Positions 10,481 to 24,429 of a stretch of 64,000 bases of DNA are shown piece after piece. Made by a program: the position numbers and the translations under genes. Under the pieces are notes generated by a model. That model saw only the letters and a list, made by a program, of their open reading frames with translations. It was not told the DNA's origin and made no database searches. This DNA is from a virus. Location: the IMG/VR virus record IMGVR_UViG_3300008107_000019, positions 32,001 to 96,000 of that record. One strand, given 5' to 3'. Position 1 is the first letter of the stretch. Every line of letters starts with the position of its first letter.

Positions 10481-11722
10481 ATGAGTGAAAAGTATTTCCT
10501 CTTGACGACTAAGCATATCGTCAAGGCGCCTAATATGACACAGGCAAAATTAGCGGTTGAGGGTGAATCCGATTTTGTCGGAGAAGTCCTTAAGCAAAAT
10601 GTAGATGTTAATGAAGTCTCTAATGCTGAAGCTATTAAATACGTTGGCTTAACAGATTCCGTTAAGTCTGATTTTGTATATGATGATTCTTTGGACTTTT
10701 CTGATGAAGACGGAGCAGAATCATTTAGTAATAAATTTGATCTATTAAGATCAGAGAATAGAAGATTAGCAAAAGCTGTCGATAAGTATAAGAATGTTAA
10801 AGACGAAGCTGTTCTGGCAGTTTATCAGGCAGCGTACGATGCATTTTCGTCATACGAAATGCCACAGATTAAATCACCAAACATTAAGTCTTCTAAGACT
10901 GGAACGCCAGAAACAGCAGTTGCTGTATTTGCAGACTGGCAACTAGGTAAAGTTACTCCAACGTACAATAGTGATGTTCTTTCTAATAGAATAGAGTTGT
11001 ATACAGAAAAGCTTTTGGAAATTGCTGAGATCCAAAGAGCCGATCACCCAGTGGATAACCTTCACGTCTGGTTACTTGGCGATATTGTTGAAGGGGAAGA
11101 AATCTTTCCTGGACAAAGCCATTTAATTGACTCTGGCTTGTATAGACAAGTTGGAGTTAATGGTCCTGAAATACTTAGCACATTTCTTAAAACAGCTTTA
11201 GAAAACTTTAAACACGTTCATGTTACTGGAGTAATCGGAAATCACGGAGCAGTTGGCGGTAGAGCTAGAAAGCAACACGATCCAGAGACCAATATGGACA
11301 GACTGCTCTACAAGATTGTTGAGCTAATTTTTAAAGATGAACCAAGAATTACATTCAACATTCCTGATGGCAAGGGTGAAAGAAACTTCTATGCTGTAGA
11401 CAACATCGGTAACTATAGTTCTTTGTTGATTCATGGCGACCAAATGCCTGCGCCAACGTCATACTATGGTTACTATAAAAAGGTAATGGGATGGAAGGAT
11501 GGAGCTATTCCAGAGAACTTTGATGATGTTTTCATGGGTCATTACCATCAGCAATTTAAGATGACTATTGGAAGTGGACTTTTGAGAATCTCGGGTTCAC
11601 CAGAAAGTCATAACACTTATGCACAAGAATACTTCTCTTCAATGAGTAGACCTTGTCAGCACTTAATGTTTGTTCACCCAGAGAATGGCATTACTTCAGA
11701 ATACTCTATCTGGTTAGACTAA
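10481..11722 (+). CDS. Calcineurin-like metallophosphoesterase with extra N-terminal domain
   Basis: ADWQLG, GDIVEG, GNHG, HGD, GHYH motif series. Confidence 0.85.
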   Translation: MSEKYFLLTTKHIVKAPNMTQAKLAVEGESDFVGEVLKQNVDVNEVSNAEAIKYVGLTDSVKSDFVYDDSLDFSDEDGAESFSNKFDLLRSENRRLAKAVDKYKNVKDEAVLAVYQAAYDAFSSYEMPQIKSPNIKSSKTGTPETAVAVFADWQLGKVTPTYNSDVLSNRIELYTEKLLEIAEIQRADHPVDNLHVWLLGDIVEGEEIFPGQSHLIDSGLYRQVGVNGPEILSTFLKTALENFKHVHVTGVIGNHGAVGGRARKQHDPETNMDRLLYKIVELIFKDEPRITFNIPDGKGERNFYAVDNIGNYSSLLIHGDQMPAPTSYYGYYKKVMGWKDGAIPENFDDVFMGHYHQQFKMTIGSGLLRISGSPESHNTYAQEYFSSMSRPCQHLMFVHPENGITSEYSIWLD

Positions 11723-11741
11723 GTCAGGAAGGCATCTGTAG

Positions 11742-14700
11742 ATGAAGCAATTTATAATAGCTTTAAAAAGCTCGGACTTTATTAAGTCTGGAAACGCTTG
11801 GTCTACAGATGCCATTGACCTATACCATAACAAGTGGTATACAAATTATTCTGTATCAAAATCAAGATATGGAATAAATGAGCTTAGCGACAGGACATTT
11901 GTCGGAACAGAAATATTAGACAATGCTACGCCATCAATAGTTGTAGATGGAAGTACTCCAGTATCTGTCACTAACTATGGAGAAATTTTTAAAGATACAA
12001 GTGTAATAACTTATAATATATTTGAATATGACGAAATATCCGAACAGTATTACATTTTTAATTTAATAGAAGACGCCTCGCCTTTTTATATTTTAGACCC
12101 AAATTCTGTTAGCTTAGATCTTTACAGGTTTGTTGATACATCTTCAAGAACAGATATCTTAAGCTACAAGCGGAGCTTTTACTAATGTAAACACTCAGGA
12201 CTCTCCAACATATACTGTAACCGTATATGAAGCAGATTCCTCATCTGGCCCATGGCTTAAATCTTCTGTTTCATCCGAAGTGGGCACGCTTTTCATAACA
12301 AATTCAAAGAGATATGTTAAGTTTGAATTAGACATAACATCCGAACTTCAGCCACAGGATGTAGAGAGTTATGGATTTGTTTTATTAGTAGAAGTAGCAA
12401 TAGCTAATCCAGTTCCTTCTATTTTAAGCAGAACTGCAAAAAAGATCTTAAGCAGGTTTCCTTCTTGGACTAAGATGTTTGAAGATTCCGTTGATAATGC
12501 AACTCCGGAACTTCAGACTCCAACCACAGTTGGTGGATCATTTATAAATTCACTCGTTGCCGATTTTCCAGAAAACTTTGAAAAGCAAGTAAATCAATTT
12601 GAGCTGGATAGATTTGTTACTACAGCTGACGAAAATCAACTAGCATGGATGTATACATCATCTGACATCCCAGCTTCCCACTTGTCTATTAAGGGCGATG
12701 CGGTTACTCTTTCTAGAGTTGATACTATAAATGATTTTTACGAATCAGTAGAAAATGATTATTGCTACTATTATTCAGTTCAAGATCGTAGGGTTTTTAC
12801 TAAGAAATTATTTAAATCATTAATAGTAGATAATTTACTTACTGAACAAGAACCAATGCTTAAGTGGAACTGGTTTGATGAATTTGGTGCAAGGGTAAGT
12901 CTAAGTAGACTTTACTTGGAATCTAACTCTAACTTTAAAAAGAGAATATTAGATACTTATAGAAACCTTCCTGGTCCATCAATAGATGCAGTTAAGAGAA
13001 CTCTTAGAAGAGAGCTCGATATATGGAGCGCATATGGTGCAACTCCAGACTCAGATTACTTAGGTGCAACTCCAGAAATATTAGAAATATCTGACATAGA
13101 ATCAAGTACTCCATACTTTGATTTTTCTGGCAAACCTAATAAAGAATTTAGAGACTTTGTAAGATCTTTGAATGAAAGGTATCCACTTAACTGGGGTTAC
13201 GTTAAATGGGGAGAAGGATACTGGGACTACGCTGGAAGAAATCAAGAAGGCGTTGGCAGAATACCTGCCGTATATGACGACGCTACTCCTCTTGGTCAAT
13301 ACTATCAGCCTGGTATAGGCGATTTTTCTGATGCAAACTTAATCGTAAAAGAGCCATCTGAGTCAGTTATTGATTTCAATGCAAAGTTTAAAGCCACTGG
13401 ATCAAGATATCTCGGTAAGGTTGATGATTATGCTCCAGTTATAGTTGACTATGAGTATTACGGAACATACACTCAAGATTACTACGACAACAGTCCAGCC
13501 ACTGTTAACTTTAGATATCTGTTAGAGATGCCAATTCACGGCTCTTATGCAACAGCAAAAACCTTTTATGTAGATATTAGCCATTATCCAGTTAATACAT
13601 ATGGACCTGGTCATCCAGCTAGTCCAGAGTATGAGACAGTGCCAATCTTTGATCAAGACGGGTACGCATATTCTAAATATGTCTTTAAAGATTTAGTCAC
13701 AGATGCAGCATATTCAGATACATCTGTTACCCCGGCTAATTCAAGAATCAACTATTATTATGCTAATAAAGCCTCTGCTACGCCTACAACTGGTTCTGAT
13801 GATTTTAATATTTCTTTTACTGGAGCAACACCTTATTCTTCCACCGTTGGATCGCCAATAAGTTTGCTGAACGCTAGATTCTTAAATGGTGGGGCAAACA
13901 TTAAGGCTTCTTCAAATAAGTACACTAAAAAAAGAGGGACATTTCAAACTACTCCAAAACTAGATGGTTTTTTTGTGTTAAACTCTGAAAATGAAATATC
14001 TTATACTAATGACATTGTTTTAGACAAGGACTTTATAAATCAGACCCTAATATTCCCACCTGGCGCAACGCCTGTTTATGTTCACGTAGATAATGTTAAA
14101 CCTTCAGGATATAAAGAGTTGCAAGATATTTATATTAGTCCAACATATGATGGATATGGTGGACTATCTTTCGACGGAGGAGAACTAAATCTTGTGCCGG
14201 CTTCTCCAAATATAATAGCTCAATATATCAATCCAAACTTTGCAACTCCTGCTGATCATCCTGGCTACATTAGTAACGATGGTGCAACTTATAATTATTA
14301 CTTTAAAGAATTAAAGTACCCATATGGTTCTACACCTAGTGTAATTAATTTTAGAACAGATAATACATCTACTCCTATTTATCCATTTAAGAAAGATTCT
14401 TGGGAATCATTTACTGCAGAGTCCACCCCAATGATAAATGGATCAATTAATAAGAGAGGAATAATAAGAACTTCATCAGATAATCATGATGAAAACTTTA
14501 CTTTAAACTCTAATGTTGTTGGTCAATACGATTTAACGTATGACACATTTAATGTAAGCTACAATACTCACTGGATTGAAAAAATAGAAGTAGTGAATGA
14601 CACTGAGGGAGTTGTGTTAACTCCATCTAATCAGTTCGTTACACTGGCGGATGAAGAATCCCTTTTTGCTAACTCTTCTATATTAGAATTTGAGGAAGGT

Positions 14701-16347
14701 AAACTGTCTACAGTAGAAGTTTCTGCAGACTTTGAGGGTGTTTATAGTTCATACCTTAACGTAGGTTGGTATAGTCAAAACGGAGAAGACTACTACGTAT
14801 ATTCATCTCCAATTAATGAGATCTTTGCAACTCCTGGTTTTTATGTAAACCTTAGTTATTCTGCTAAACAAGGTGCTCCAATAATCGTAGAAAGAAGCTC
14901 TGCTACTCCAGCTTTACTGAGAGAAGTGGCATTCTTTGATTCTTCTTCTCCTACATATGTTTCCCTGACTAATGCCGAAACGGTAACAGCAAATAAATCA
15001 AATAATCTTTATTTAGGCTATGAAGACATTTATGATGTTGAAGTAATTGATTCAGTAACTGGTTATACAATTTTAGAAAATGGAAGCAGTAGTACTAATG
15101 AAGTGCAGGTATTTAGTTCTGCAACACCTGGTGTTTATGGAAGAGATTATTATGTCACCTACAAGGTTAAAGACTCGTATGTTGTAGACAATGATTATTA
15201 TAATCAAAACACTGAAAGTTATATAACTTCAATCAGATTTGACTCTACCCCTTCTTCTCATTACTCATACGAGATAACTTATGAGGGTTCAGTTCTTTCT
15301 CATGCAACTCCAATATCTTTAAATGTAGACCCAATGGACCTGTGGGATCAAGAAGGATTTGTATATTTAAGTCATAATGATTACAGTTTCGCAGATGCAG
15401 AAATTAAACTTAGTCCATCGCACATTACAGATGATCTTAATGATTTTATTGTAGTCACAATTAAATCTCTTGATGAAAATGGAAACTCAAAGCCGTACCA
15501 AACATTTTCTATTACAGGAACGCACTTAGAATCTGAACAAGAATACTATCATACCGACATAAACGGTTTTGTTAGTGCAAGAGTTTACTTCTCCAGCGCA
15601 ACACCAATTACAGATGTTTCTGGAACATTAATAGTATCTGGAGTAGTAAATGGTTCTATTAACGCTCATGAAAATTCCGAAACTCAAGGCTTTTCTAAGA
15701 CTCTTAGTTTTGATATATCAACAAGCTATGAGACCGGTTTTTCCTTAAAGGCAATAGCAGATAGCTCTGTTATTCCAGCTGATGGAGTTTCCAATAACTA
15801 TGTTAGAGGATTCTTGAGAAAAGACTCATCTGCTGAAGTTAATAAAGTCATTTACTGGAGAAAGGGTAGGACGCTTCAAGACATTTTTGATGCAACTCCA
15901 TACTCTTCTTATGTAAGAACTGATGAATATGGAAACTTTGAAATAGGTCCTTTTACGGCCCAAGAAAAGAGTAATCCTGGATTCTGGATGGTTGCTGTTG
16001 AGTCAGAAGGTGCTGCAACAGTTAATGGTTCTCCATCTGCAGTAGTTGGCGATATAGTATTCTGGAATGAAAAGTATGACAATTTAAATTATTCATACGG
16101 AGATTCGGTATTCTATGATCCGAATTTACTATATATCAATAGAACAGATATGTATTCCACCCCATCCTTTACGGTTCAGTATTTTGATGGGAATTATGCG
16201 ACACCATATTCCGCAACGCCTGATTGGCTCCCACCAAAATGGTACCCAATTAATAGATATGATCAATATATGATGGGCTTACTTGGATCAACTCCAATGC
16301 ACGTAAGCAGTTATCAAAACTTAATGAGAGATTATGAGGAAGAGTAA
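11742..16347 (+). CDS. Large virion/baseplate structural protein, ~1534 aa via +1 shift at CGG 12171
   Basis: AGGAAGG RBS-like sequence before ATG 11742. The +1 frame from GGA 12172 is open into the 12280-16347 ORF. Baseplate-like RLYLESNSNFKKRI motif; many xATP motifs. Confidence 0.7.
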
Positions 16348-19300
16348 ATGAAGAATTTTGTTGATAAAACAGAATCTTTAAAAGAACCAGCTGTAAAAAC
16401 TGGAAATTTTATACCCCGAGATGCAGTAAACTTACGGTTGGTTTTCTTCAAAAGAAATTACCCCAGAAAATAATCTAGCATTTGTTGACCTCTCTTCGAC
16501 TATTTCTGAAAATGTAAACGAAACATCTACTTTTAACAAAGTAATGTTTGCCAATGAAGTTGGAATGCTAGAAGATGAAAATGGAAATCCCTATGTGTCT
16601 TCCGACGATGTTTTGGTCAGCGATATATTTTTAAATGAAGAAGTTTTCCTAACTAGCTATCAAAAAGATGAATTAAAAAATAAAGCGTATGCTATGAATT
16701 ACTATGTTAGTAATCATTTTACGCTCTTAAGAAGTGGAATGCACATATCAAGCGGCTTAAACTATTTCGTTGAAGATAGGTTTATCCCAAATAACATTAA
16801 AGTTATAGACGATAATGGCAATATATATTCTGATCCAGAAACTGGAAGATTAAAATATAGAATTTCTTTTGAGTCATTTGTTACAGAGAAAAACTCTATC
16901 CAAAATGAGATACCTCATAAAATAATAGTCTTTATCGAAGATGCATATCCAAAGAATTTAACTTTGGTTTATGATAAAGTAGAAGTTGATCAAGACGGTG
17001 TTTGGTCTGGTCAAATATTAAAATATTCTGAATCAATAAATGTTCTTCCATTATTTAAGAGAGTTCAAGAAGAGGCTGAGGTAGTTGACCCATCAAATCT
17101 TTTTGATAAAACTTATTCTATAAAAAGAAATACAAAAACAAAGTCTATAAATAATCAAACTATTGGCTCTGAAGATAATGTTATATACGTCAATAAAAAA
17201 GCAATTGATGACAATAGAGTTTTTGAAGTTTATAACTGGAGAGTAGTAGCAAAAGTACAAAACTCAGTAGATTTTTCCGAAATAAACTATGGAAGAGATT
17301 TCTCTACTGATAATATTCTTACAAAGAATGTAAACGCTGCAGTGCTTTACTCAAGTTCGGTGACAAGAGATCTAAATAATATAAATCCTTATGTATTTCT
17401 AAACTTACAAAATTCAGTATTCAATTTAGCTAGTTTAAATTTTCAGAATCCAAATTCAACTTTGACCGATAAAAACTTAGCCAACTATTGGCTTGTGGAT
17501 ATAGATTCAGTGACAGATGAGCAAATTAGACAGTACGATGTAATTGCTTGTTCATTACACTGGGTTCTTACGGATTCGCACGCAGAAAAAATTAATTCAT
17601 TTCTTACAAATGCAGGAACATTTATTGTTGACACAATCAACGCACCAATAAACTCTCTTTTGAAATTAAATCCAGCATTGACTATAGCTGGAGCAGATGT
17701 TAACTCTACTCCAACTACAGTTCCAAGTACTTACAACTCAAATAGTTTACTCTTAAATGCAACAAAAAATAATGCCTTCTCTATAACAACTTCTGAGTTT
17801 GCAACAGATTGTGGAATATATGGTTATGGAAAAGGTCCCAATAATTCTTACAAAAAGTATAACTATTTTACAAATTCAGGTTTAGAATCAGTTTTAGAGA
17901 GAAGCTCACAAAAGTTTGTCACATTATTAAGAACCGTAAATAGAACAGATAGGTTAATGGCCAACAATATTGTTGCGTCGACTACTGGATTTTTAAAATA
18001 CTGTAATGATTTATACTCTTCAAATACGGCAATATCTACTCCTAATAATGGAGAGTCTTCTATTTCTGTTTCTTCTGGATCTTCTTTCTCTAATTTTGTA
18101 GAGGGTCCATATAAGTTTTTATATAACTGTGTTTCTGTTGGAATTAATGACAGGGTCGAGTCAACTAGATTTAAATTAGATTTAAGATCCAGCGTTCATT
18201 ACTACAGTGGTCAATGGTATAGCGATTGGGTCATTGACACAGATGCACTTTTTGAAGACGAGTTAATATCTTATTACAAAAATACTATAGTTTCTGGGGA
18301 AAGAAAATATGTTAGAGAAACAATCTCTTCTCCAAAAGATTTATACACCGCAGAAATATCTTCATTGGCTTCTAATCTTTCAAATGTTTTCTTAGATCAA
18401 AATAGCAGCAATATAACACTATATATTGAATATACAAATCCCAATGTGATATGGACAAACACTTCTTCTGTTACCGATACAGAAAAAAGAGAAGTAGCTT
18501 CTTCTTATAGCCTTGTAAAGATAAATAACAAGGACATTTCTTGTGAAACTTATACTGATAAAAAATCACCTAAGTTTGACATACCTTCTAAGTTTGGTCC
18601 TTATGTAGTTAAAGATAAATTAATTCCATCAAAAAAGAATCAACTTAAGATAGTTCCAAACGTTCCAGTGAGAAGTTATGCAGTCAACCTGCAATCTGTT
18701 CGCAGTATGACTTCTGGATCAGATACTCCTGTTAATTTTGACGCAACATTGAACATAACTGCAACAGCAAAATTTAATCAGAATCATGTATTCACAAGGG
18801 GCGGAGGCACTGAGCTGGTTACACCAGGGGTTCCTGCAACATCCGGAACAATTCAAGCCGGAGATACTAAGTTTTACACGCCAACAGCATTTGAAACATC
18901 TCAAACTGGAGATTATTCTTTGATTGACAAAAAGCTTGGCGATATATCAAGCTTTTATAATGCATTTAATTATACTTACGATATTGACAAAGGTAATACC
19001 TGGGATGAATACTTTCAGGGCAAGGGTAGCGCTACATATATAAAATATATACAATTAACTTTAGAGGCTGCCGGAAGTGAATTTAAGACTAGCGTAGATG
19101 GAGTTTTCGGTTCAGGTACTGCATCAAAGGTTAAAGCTTTTCAAAAAGATAGAGGTCTTAAAGAAGATGGAATTGTAGACTCCCAGACAAAAATGTGGCT
19201 GGCAAGAGTTTGGGCTAACATGAGTCAAGATACTTTTGATGACTATGTTAAAAAAGTTAACGCTAATACTTATAAAGATAAAAATATAGATAAATATCTA

Positions 19301-21823
19301 AATGGAGCAAGAGTATCAAAAAGCGCAAAGCTTGGATTGCAGGCAAATGAAGGATTTAGATTAATAAACTTTAGCGGTATATCAAGAGAAGCAGACCCAG
19401 ATGCCATAAGATTGTGGGTCGGGTTTGTATTGCCAAATGACGAAGAAATTTATTCAATTGATTCTTTGATAATTTCCGGAGGAGAATTTGGTACTCAAGT
19501 TGGCTCTCCTTCTTATAACGGATTTAAAGTTATAGACTATATTGTTTCTGATAGTTATAGATTTACAAGAAATCAAAACGCAGGAACAGTAGCTTCATAT
19601 ACAAAAGGTTCAACAGAAATAAACTTACCAAATGGGCAAAATATAAAAGGTAAGCATGTCTCAATATTGCTTCAAGGGTCAAAGTTAGGCGGAAGCTTTG
19701 GATCTACAGCAGAAGGTATAGCTATTGGTGGAATCCAGTGTAAATATAGTGTCAAGAAAACAACAGTTGGCACTCCAGCAAAAGATCCAGTTTATAGAAC
19801 TATTCCACCCGTAGATTATCCGGAATCAAAACAAGTTACTGGAACTTTATCAATATCTGTTCCAGTCAATTCTGTGTCGTTTGCCGAACAAAACTTTAAT
19901 ATAGATTCAACGTTTTTAAGAAACGCAACATTAAGTGCAATATCTATTTATAGAATAGATGGAAATCAATTTAGTTCTGAATTGCTGTCTTACTCTGGTA
20001 TATCAGCTACACTAAACCAAACTGAGTATAAGCCAGACACAAATAGAATAGAAAAAGTTAATCTTTCAACAATACTAGCAGATACAATATCACTTCAGTC
20101 TGCAACTGTTTCATCGGTAAAGCAAGCTGGCACTAATATTTCCTATAGTTCGTCCAATATAGATTTAACAACTAGTGGAAACACAGTAAAGTTAAAAAGC
20201 AATCTATCATCGTATGCTTCTGAAACAACGGTTGTAAGAAGCCAGAGTATAACTGGCTACAATGTTAGAAGCGTAGATAACTCTTCTATTAGGCCGCAAA
20301 AAAATTCTTTCAACTATTATGATGGAGTAACTCTTTTATGCAAGCCCGATGGAACCCCTTTTGGTATTGACGTTTCTTCTGGAATGACATCGACCAACTC
20401 TGCGCTAGATGTATACTACTCTAATATTGAATTGATCAATACACTTCCTGCTCAACCAGGTCTACAGTATGGTTTCTATGACATTAGAAATAGGCAATTT
20501 ATTGGCAAGAATATAACCTACAATAAGTATAGAGAAGTTGGTCCACAAAATCTTTACATAGGACTATATGCATATGACTATGACGGAGATCTTTCAACGC
20601 AAAGAGAATATACTGGTTCAGCAAACGGCGATATGTATCAGCCAGTTCAGGTTCCTACAAAATCTGCATACCCTGTATTTAAAGTATCTTCCGTGCCAAA
20701 AAACAAAATTCAACTGATGAGAACTCCACCAAAGTTAAGTAAGACAGAACCATGGCCTTTGTCTGTAAGTTCTGGCTCTTTTGTTAAGTCCGTACAACTA
20801 GAGCTGCATAGACCAAAAGATTGGCTTATTGGATACAATGGTCAAACACTAAAGGCGAAGTACGATACTTCAAATATGCCGGCAGTTGGTTGGTCAAAGA
20901 TTTTTGGCAGAGGGTATTATGATATAGTTGATGAAACTCCTGTTTACAACAATGGTCAATCAATAACATTAAGAAATGTTCCAATACATATTGTTCATGA
21001 AAAGTCTGATGATTTAAGCAGGTTTGCTGCAGACTTTAGACCAGTTGTAAAAGTATATACAAGATCTACGGTTTCTTCTCCTTGGCAAGAGGTTTCGTAT
21101 ACTCAGTTTAAAAATGTAAACTGTAGAACTGGTTTAGTAGAATTTAATTCTTCTATAATTTCTTCTGATGAAAGACTAACAAAAGTAAGTTACACAGTTT
21201 CTTCATCTGATGTAATGGTTAGGGGATCCAATGGTCAACCAATACCGCTAAATCCATTCTTGAACAAAGATATAGTGAGAGTAAACAAGCCGTTATATAT
21301 TTACTTAAAGCCAACAGAAATATACAAGCAGAAACAAGCGCCAGCAAATAGCATATATCCAGCAGTAGTAAGAGACACACTGGTAGAAGAATATACTCCT
21401 GGTCCAATAGTTAATTTTACTTATAATAATAATATATTTAATAAATATGATATATCAGAATATGATCCATTTGCCCTTTTGATAGGCATTGTGTATGTAG
21501 TGAATACTTTTTCTGATGAAAACTTTACATTTACAGACCTTAGAACTAGAGGTGGTGGCATTTCTAGTGGGTTTGATACTAACAAGGTGCTTATGGATAT
21601 AGAAGAAGCTATATCATACTGGGACGTATACCCTGCAATGGGAGAGGCTTATCCAAAGGGCGGATATGTAATGGTTAAAATTCCAAAACTTGTTAAGAAA
21701 AACTTTACAAATCCAGATGAAGTGTATACAATTGTTAGAAACAACATTACGGCTGGCGTTGTTTTTGATCTTCAAGATATGGAAGGAAAGGATTGGGGTA
21801 GCAGTGTTACGACAACTTCCTGA
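16348..21823 (+). CDS. Large virion structural protein with peptidoglycan-binding domain, ~1824 aa via +1 shift at CGG 16435
   Basis: ATG 16348 abuts the upstream TAA; zero frame stops at 16473; the +1 frame from GGT 16436 is open into 16544-21823. PG_binding_1-like VDGVFGSGTASKVKAFQKDRGLKEDGIVD. Confidence 0.7.
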
Positions 21824-24428
21824 TGTTTTACAAACCTTTTCTTCTCAAAGTAAAAGGACAGTTAGCTCCCTTCTTCAGAGTGTAAAGGGAGATAAAACTC
21901 AAATATCAACATTGGTTCAAAACCTTAAAAACTTTGACAACAATGCTAACTATACTCCTTCTTTAGCAATAAATTATTCACTTATGAATGTGGAGTCTGT
22001 ATTAGAATTTTTTAGGGATTCTAGCCTAAGAATAAACGAATTCTTTTCGGCAGCGTCTTCTATATCAAATGTTTTGAATTCTATGGTTTCCATATTTTCT
22101 TCTGAAGTTCAAAAATTAGAAAAAGATATATCTTATTTAGAAAATTTTATAGATAATTATCAATTTATAGTTGGTGAAGATGATTTATTTAACTTTAACT
22201 ATATAGAAAACTTTGATAATAATATAAATTCTTCTATTAACGAAAACTCAAATATTAAACTAGTTGACAGAGATGGTGTTAATTTCAACGAAAATGGAAA
22301 CTATAAAATTGACACAGTCTTAAGTAAAATGTCAGTTTCAACTGGGGCAAGTTTTATTAATCCACTTGAAAATATTCAAAGTATTTCTAATACAGATAAT
22401 AATTATTCACATTATATTACAACAGATACTGGTTTTGATTTATTATTTAATGAAGACAAAAAGGACAACTGGTCCGTTACAGTCAAGGCACCGACTTTAT
22501 TGACAGCTCAGATGCCACAGCTTTCTAAATACGTAACATACGACACTTCTTTTATCAGGGGTGCCCAGTCCGTAAATGAAGTTAACTTTTATACTCCAAT
22601 AGAGATGGACTTTATAAGAATAGCGCCCAGTGATGCAAATGGTTTACAGCTTCTTCAGGTTGTTCTAGTTAAAACAGATCCACTTGTTTCTCAAGCTTCT
22701 AATTCTGTACAGGGAGAGTATGTTGATTTTCCAGTACTCCATACCCCTCTTCTTTTGAACAAGTCAGTTGATATTGTTTTTGAAAAATCTAAAGTTAAAA
22801 AAATTATATTTATATTCAATCAATCTAAATATATAAGAAGTGAAAATACTCCTATTAAACAAGAAATAAATTCAAAAGTTTTAAGAGACATTGTTAATAA
22901 AAAGAAAAATAATAGAAAAAACAAATCCCAAACACTGCAGGATATAGTCTATTTCTACTTTAATGGAGCTAACTCTTCACTTACTCCAAGAAAAAATACC
23001 ACTTTATATTCAGATTATTATTCAAATAAGTATCCAAATAGTGAAAACTATAACGAAAAAAACTTTATAGAAAGAATGTATGGATACTCAGATGAAGAAA
23101 TCAACGCAAAAGTCTATGATCTGGTTGAAGACAAAAACTCTACTCCAATTGAAAACATCGTGCAAAGCATCGTGCAGCATGCTATAGATTCTAGAAGTAA
23201 TATCTTCAATACTAAGATATATAGATCAAGTTCATCTAATGCAAATGAAAATCTTATATCTACCACAAGAACTGATGGATTTATACCAGTAAAAAATGAT
23301 GAGGAAACCTATTCTTTAGATTTTCAAAATCAAGATGCGCTTTCACCTGGTCTTTCTTTTGATGATGTTTCAAAATACTTAGAAAATAAAGAAATATCTA
23401 ATTCATATGAATATAGCTTTTCGTTGAGCTCAATTGCTTTTGGGGTAAATACAAACCAAAACCAAAACAAAGCATGCTTTGTCTCAAAGAAAGTTGAGAT
23501 GGATGGAGCACCCTTGGGTATTAAGGGTATTGTTAATGTTGTGAGGGAAAGAAGAGACTTGTCTTTTTCTAGATATGATCTTAAAGAAGCTGGCTCTTAC
23601 GAGTTAAGTGTCTGTTGGAGTGACGTAATTGATTCAGAAAGATCATGGACGCCATTAATGTCTGAAGTTGACGGAAAGATAGATTCAGAAGTATTATTCT
23701 TTGATGGTCTTAATTTAGCTCAATTAAGATTTTCTCCAAATCCTGCATCAATTAAGATCTATAAAAATGGAATGTTTGAAAATCCAAATCTATGGAGCTA
23801 TTCACAGGTAGGAAACTACATAACATACAATGAGCCAGTTGACAAAAATGCTATCTATGTAGCAGAGTATGAGGTTGACTTAATTAACTATAAGCAAAAC
23901 ATTGTAGATATAGACCAAATTTCTAGTTCTAATTTTGCAGTCAGAACCTATGCTGCATCAGGAACTCCTGGAGAAAAGTTTAACGGAACTAGTTCTGGAA
24001 ACAAGATAACACTATCGTATATTCCTTTTATAGAGGACAAGTTTTCAACCGCTGTATATAATAGTTTATATGGTACTATTAACACTACTGAAAACATTGG
24101 TTACTCTCCAGTTATTGTTACATTAAATAATGGAGATACAGCTGTTAACTTAACTAATTATACAAAAAATAGCTTTGAAAAAGGATCCTTTTATCAGACA
24201 GATCAGTATCTGTTCTTCCAAAACGGTAAAGAGCTTATTTTCAATAAACCAATTGCCGATCAAGTGTCAGTAAAGTATAGTTATATACCATCTTCTTTAA
24301 GATTTAGATTAATTATAAGAAATAATATTCCAGGTATATATAATGGAATATCAATTGACAATGTTATCTTAAAGTGTAAAGTAAAAAATTTAGATCCATT
24401 CTCCGAGAAACTTTTAAGGTTAAACTAA
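21804..24428 (+). CDS. Virion structural protein (putative)
   Basis: Long ORF in the tail module; GTG 21804 after a purine-rich RBS preferred over 21690. Confidence 0.65.
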   Translation: MLRQLPDVLQTFSSQSKRTVSSLLQSVKGDKTQISTLVQNLKNFDNNANYTPSLAINYSLMNVESVLEFFRDSSLRINEFFSAASSISNVLNSMVSIFSSEVQKLEKDISYLENFIDNYQFIVGEDDLFNFNYIENFDNNINSSINENSNIKLVDRDGVNFNENGNYKIDTVLSKMSVSTGASFINPLENIQSISNTDNNYSHYITTDTGFDLLFNEDKKDNWSVTVKAPTLLTAQMPQLSKYVTYDTSFIRGAQSVNEVNFYTPIEMDFIRIAPSDANGLQLLQVVLVKTDPLVSQASNSVQGEYVDFPVLHTPLLLNKSVDIVFEKSKVKKIIFIFNQSKYIRSENTPIKQEINSKVLRDIVNKKKNNRKNKSQTLQDIVYFYFNGANSSLTPRKNTTLYSDYYSNKYPNSENYNEKNFIERMYGYSDEEINAKVYDLVEDKNSTPIENIVQSIVQHAIDSRSNIFNTKIYRSSSSNANENLISTTRTDGFIPVKNDEETYSLDFQNQDALSPGLSFDDVSKYLENKEISNSYEYSFSLSSIAFGVNTNQNQNKACFVSKKVEMDGAPLGIKGIVNVVRERRDLSFSRYDLKEAGSYELSVCWSDVIDSERSWTPLMSEVDGKIDSEVLFFDGLNLAQLRFSPNPASIKIYKNGMFENPNLWSYSQVGNYITYNEPVDKNAIYVAEYEVDLINYKQNIVDIDQISSSNFAVRTYAASGTPGEKFNGTSSGNKITLSYIPFIEDKFSTAVYNSLYGTINTTENIGYSPVIVTLNNGDTAVNLTNYTKNSFEKGSFYQTDQYLFFQNGKELIFNKPIADQVSVKYSYIPSSLRFRLIIRNNIPGIYNGISIDNVILKCKVKNLDPFSEKLLRLN

Positions 24429-24429
24429 A

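Noticed and set aside
21690-21803. Extended N-terminus of the 21690-24428 ORF
   Set aside because: It would overlap the previous gene by 134 nt; GTG 21804 has a better RBS
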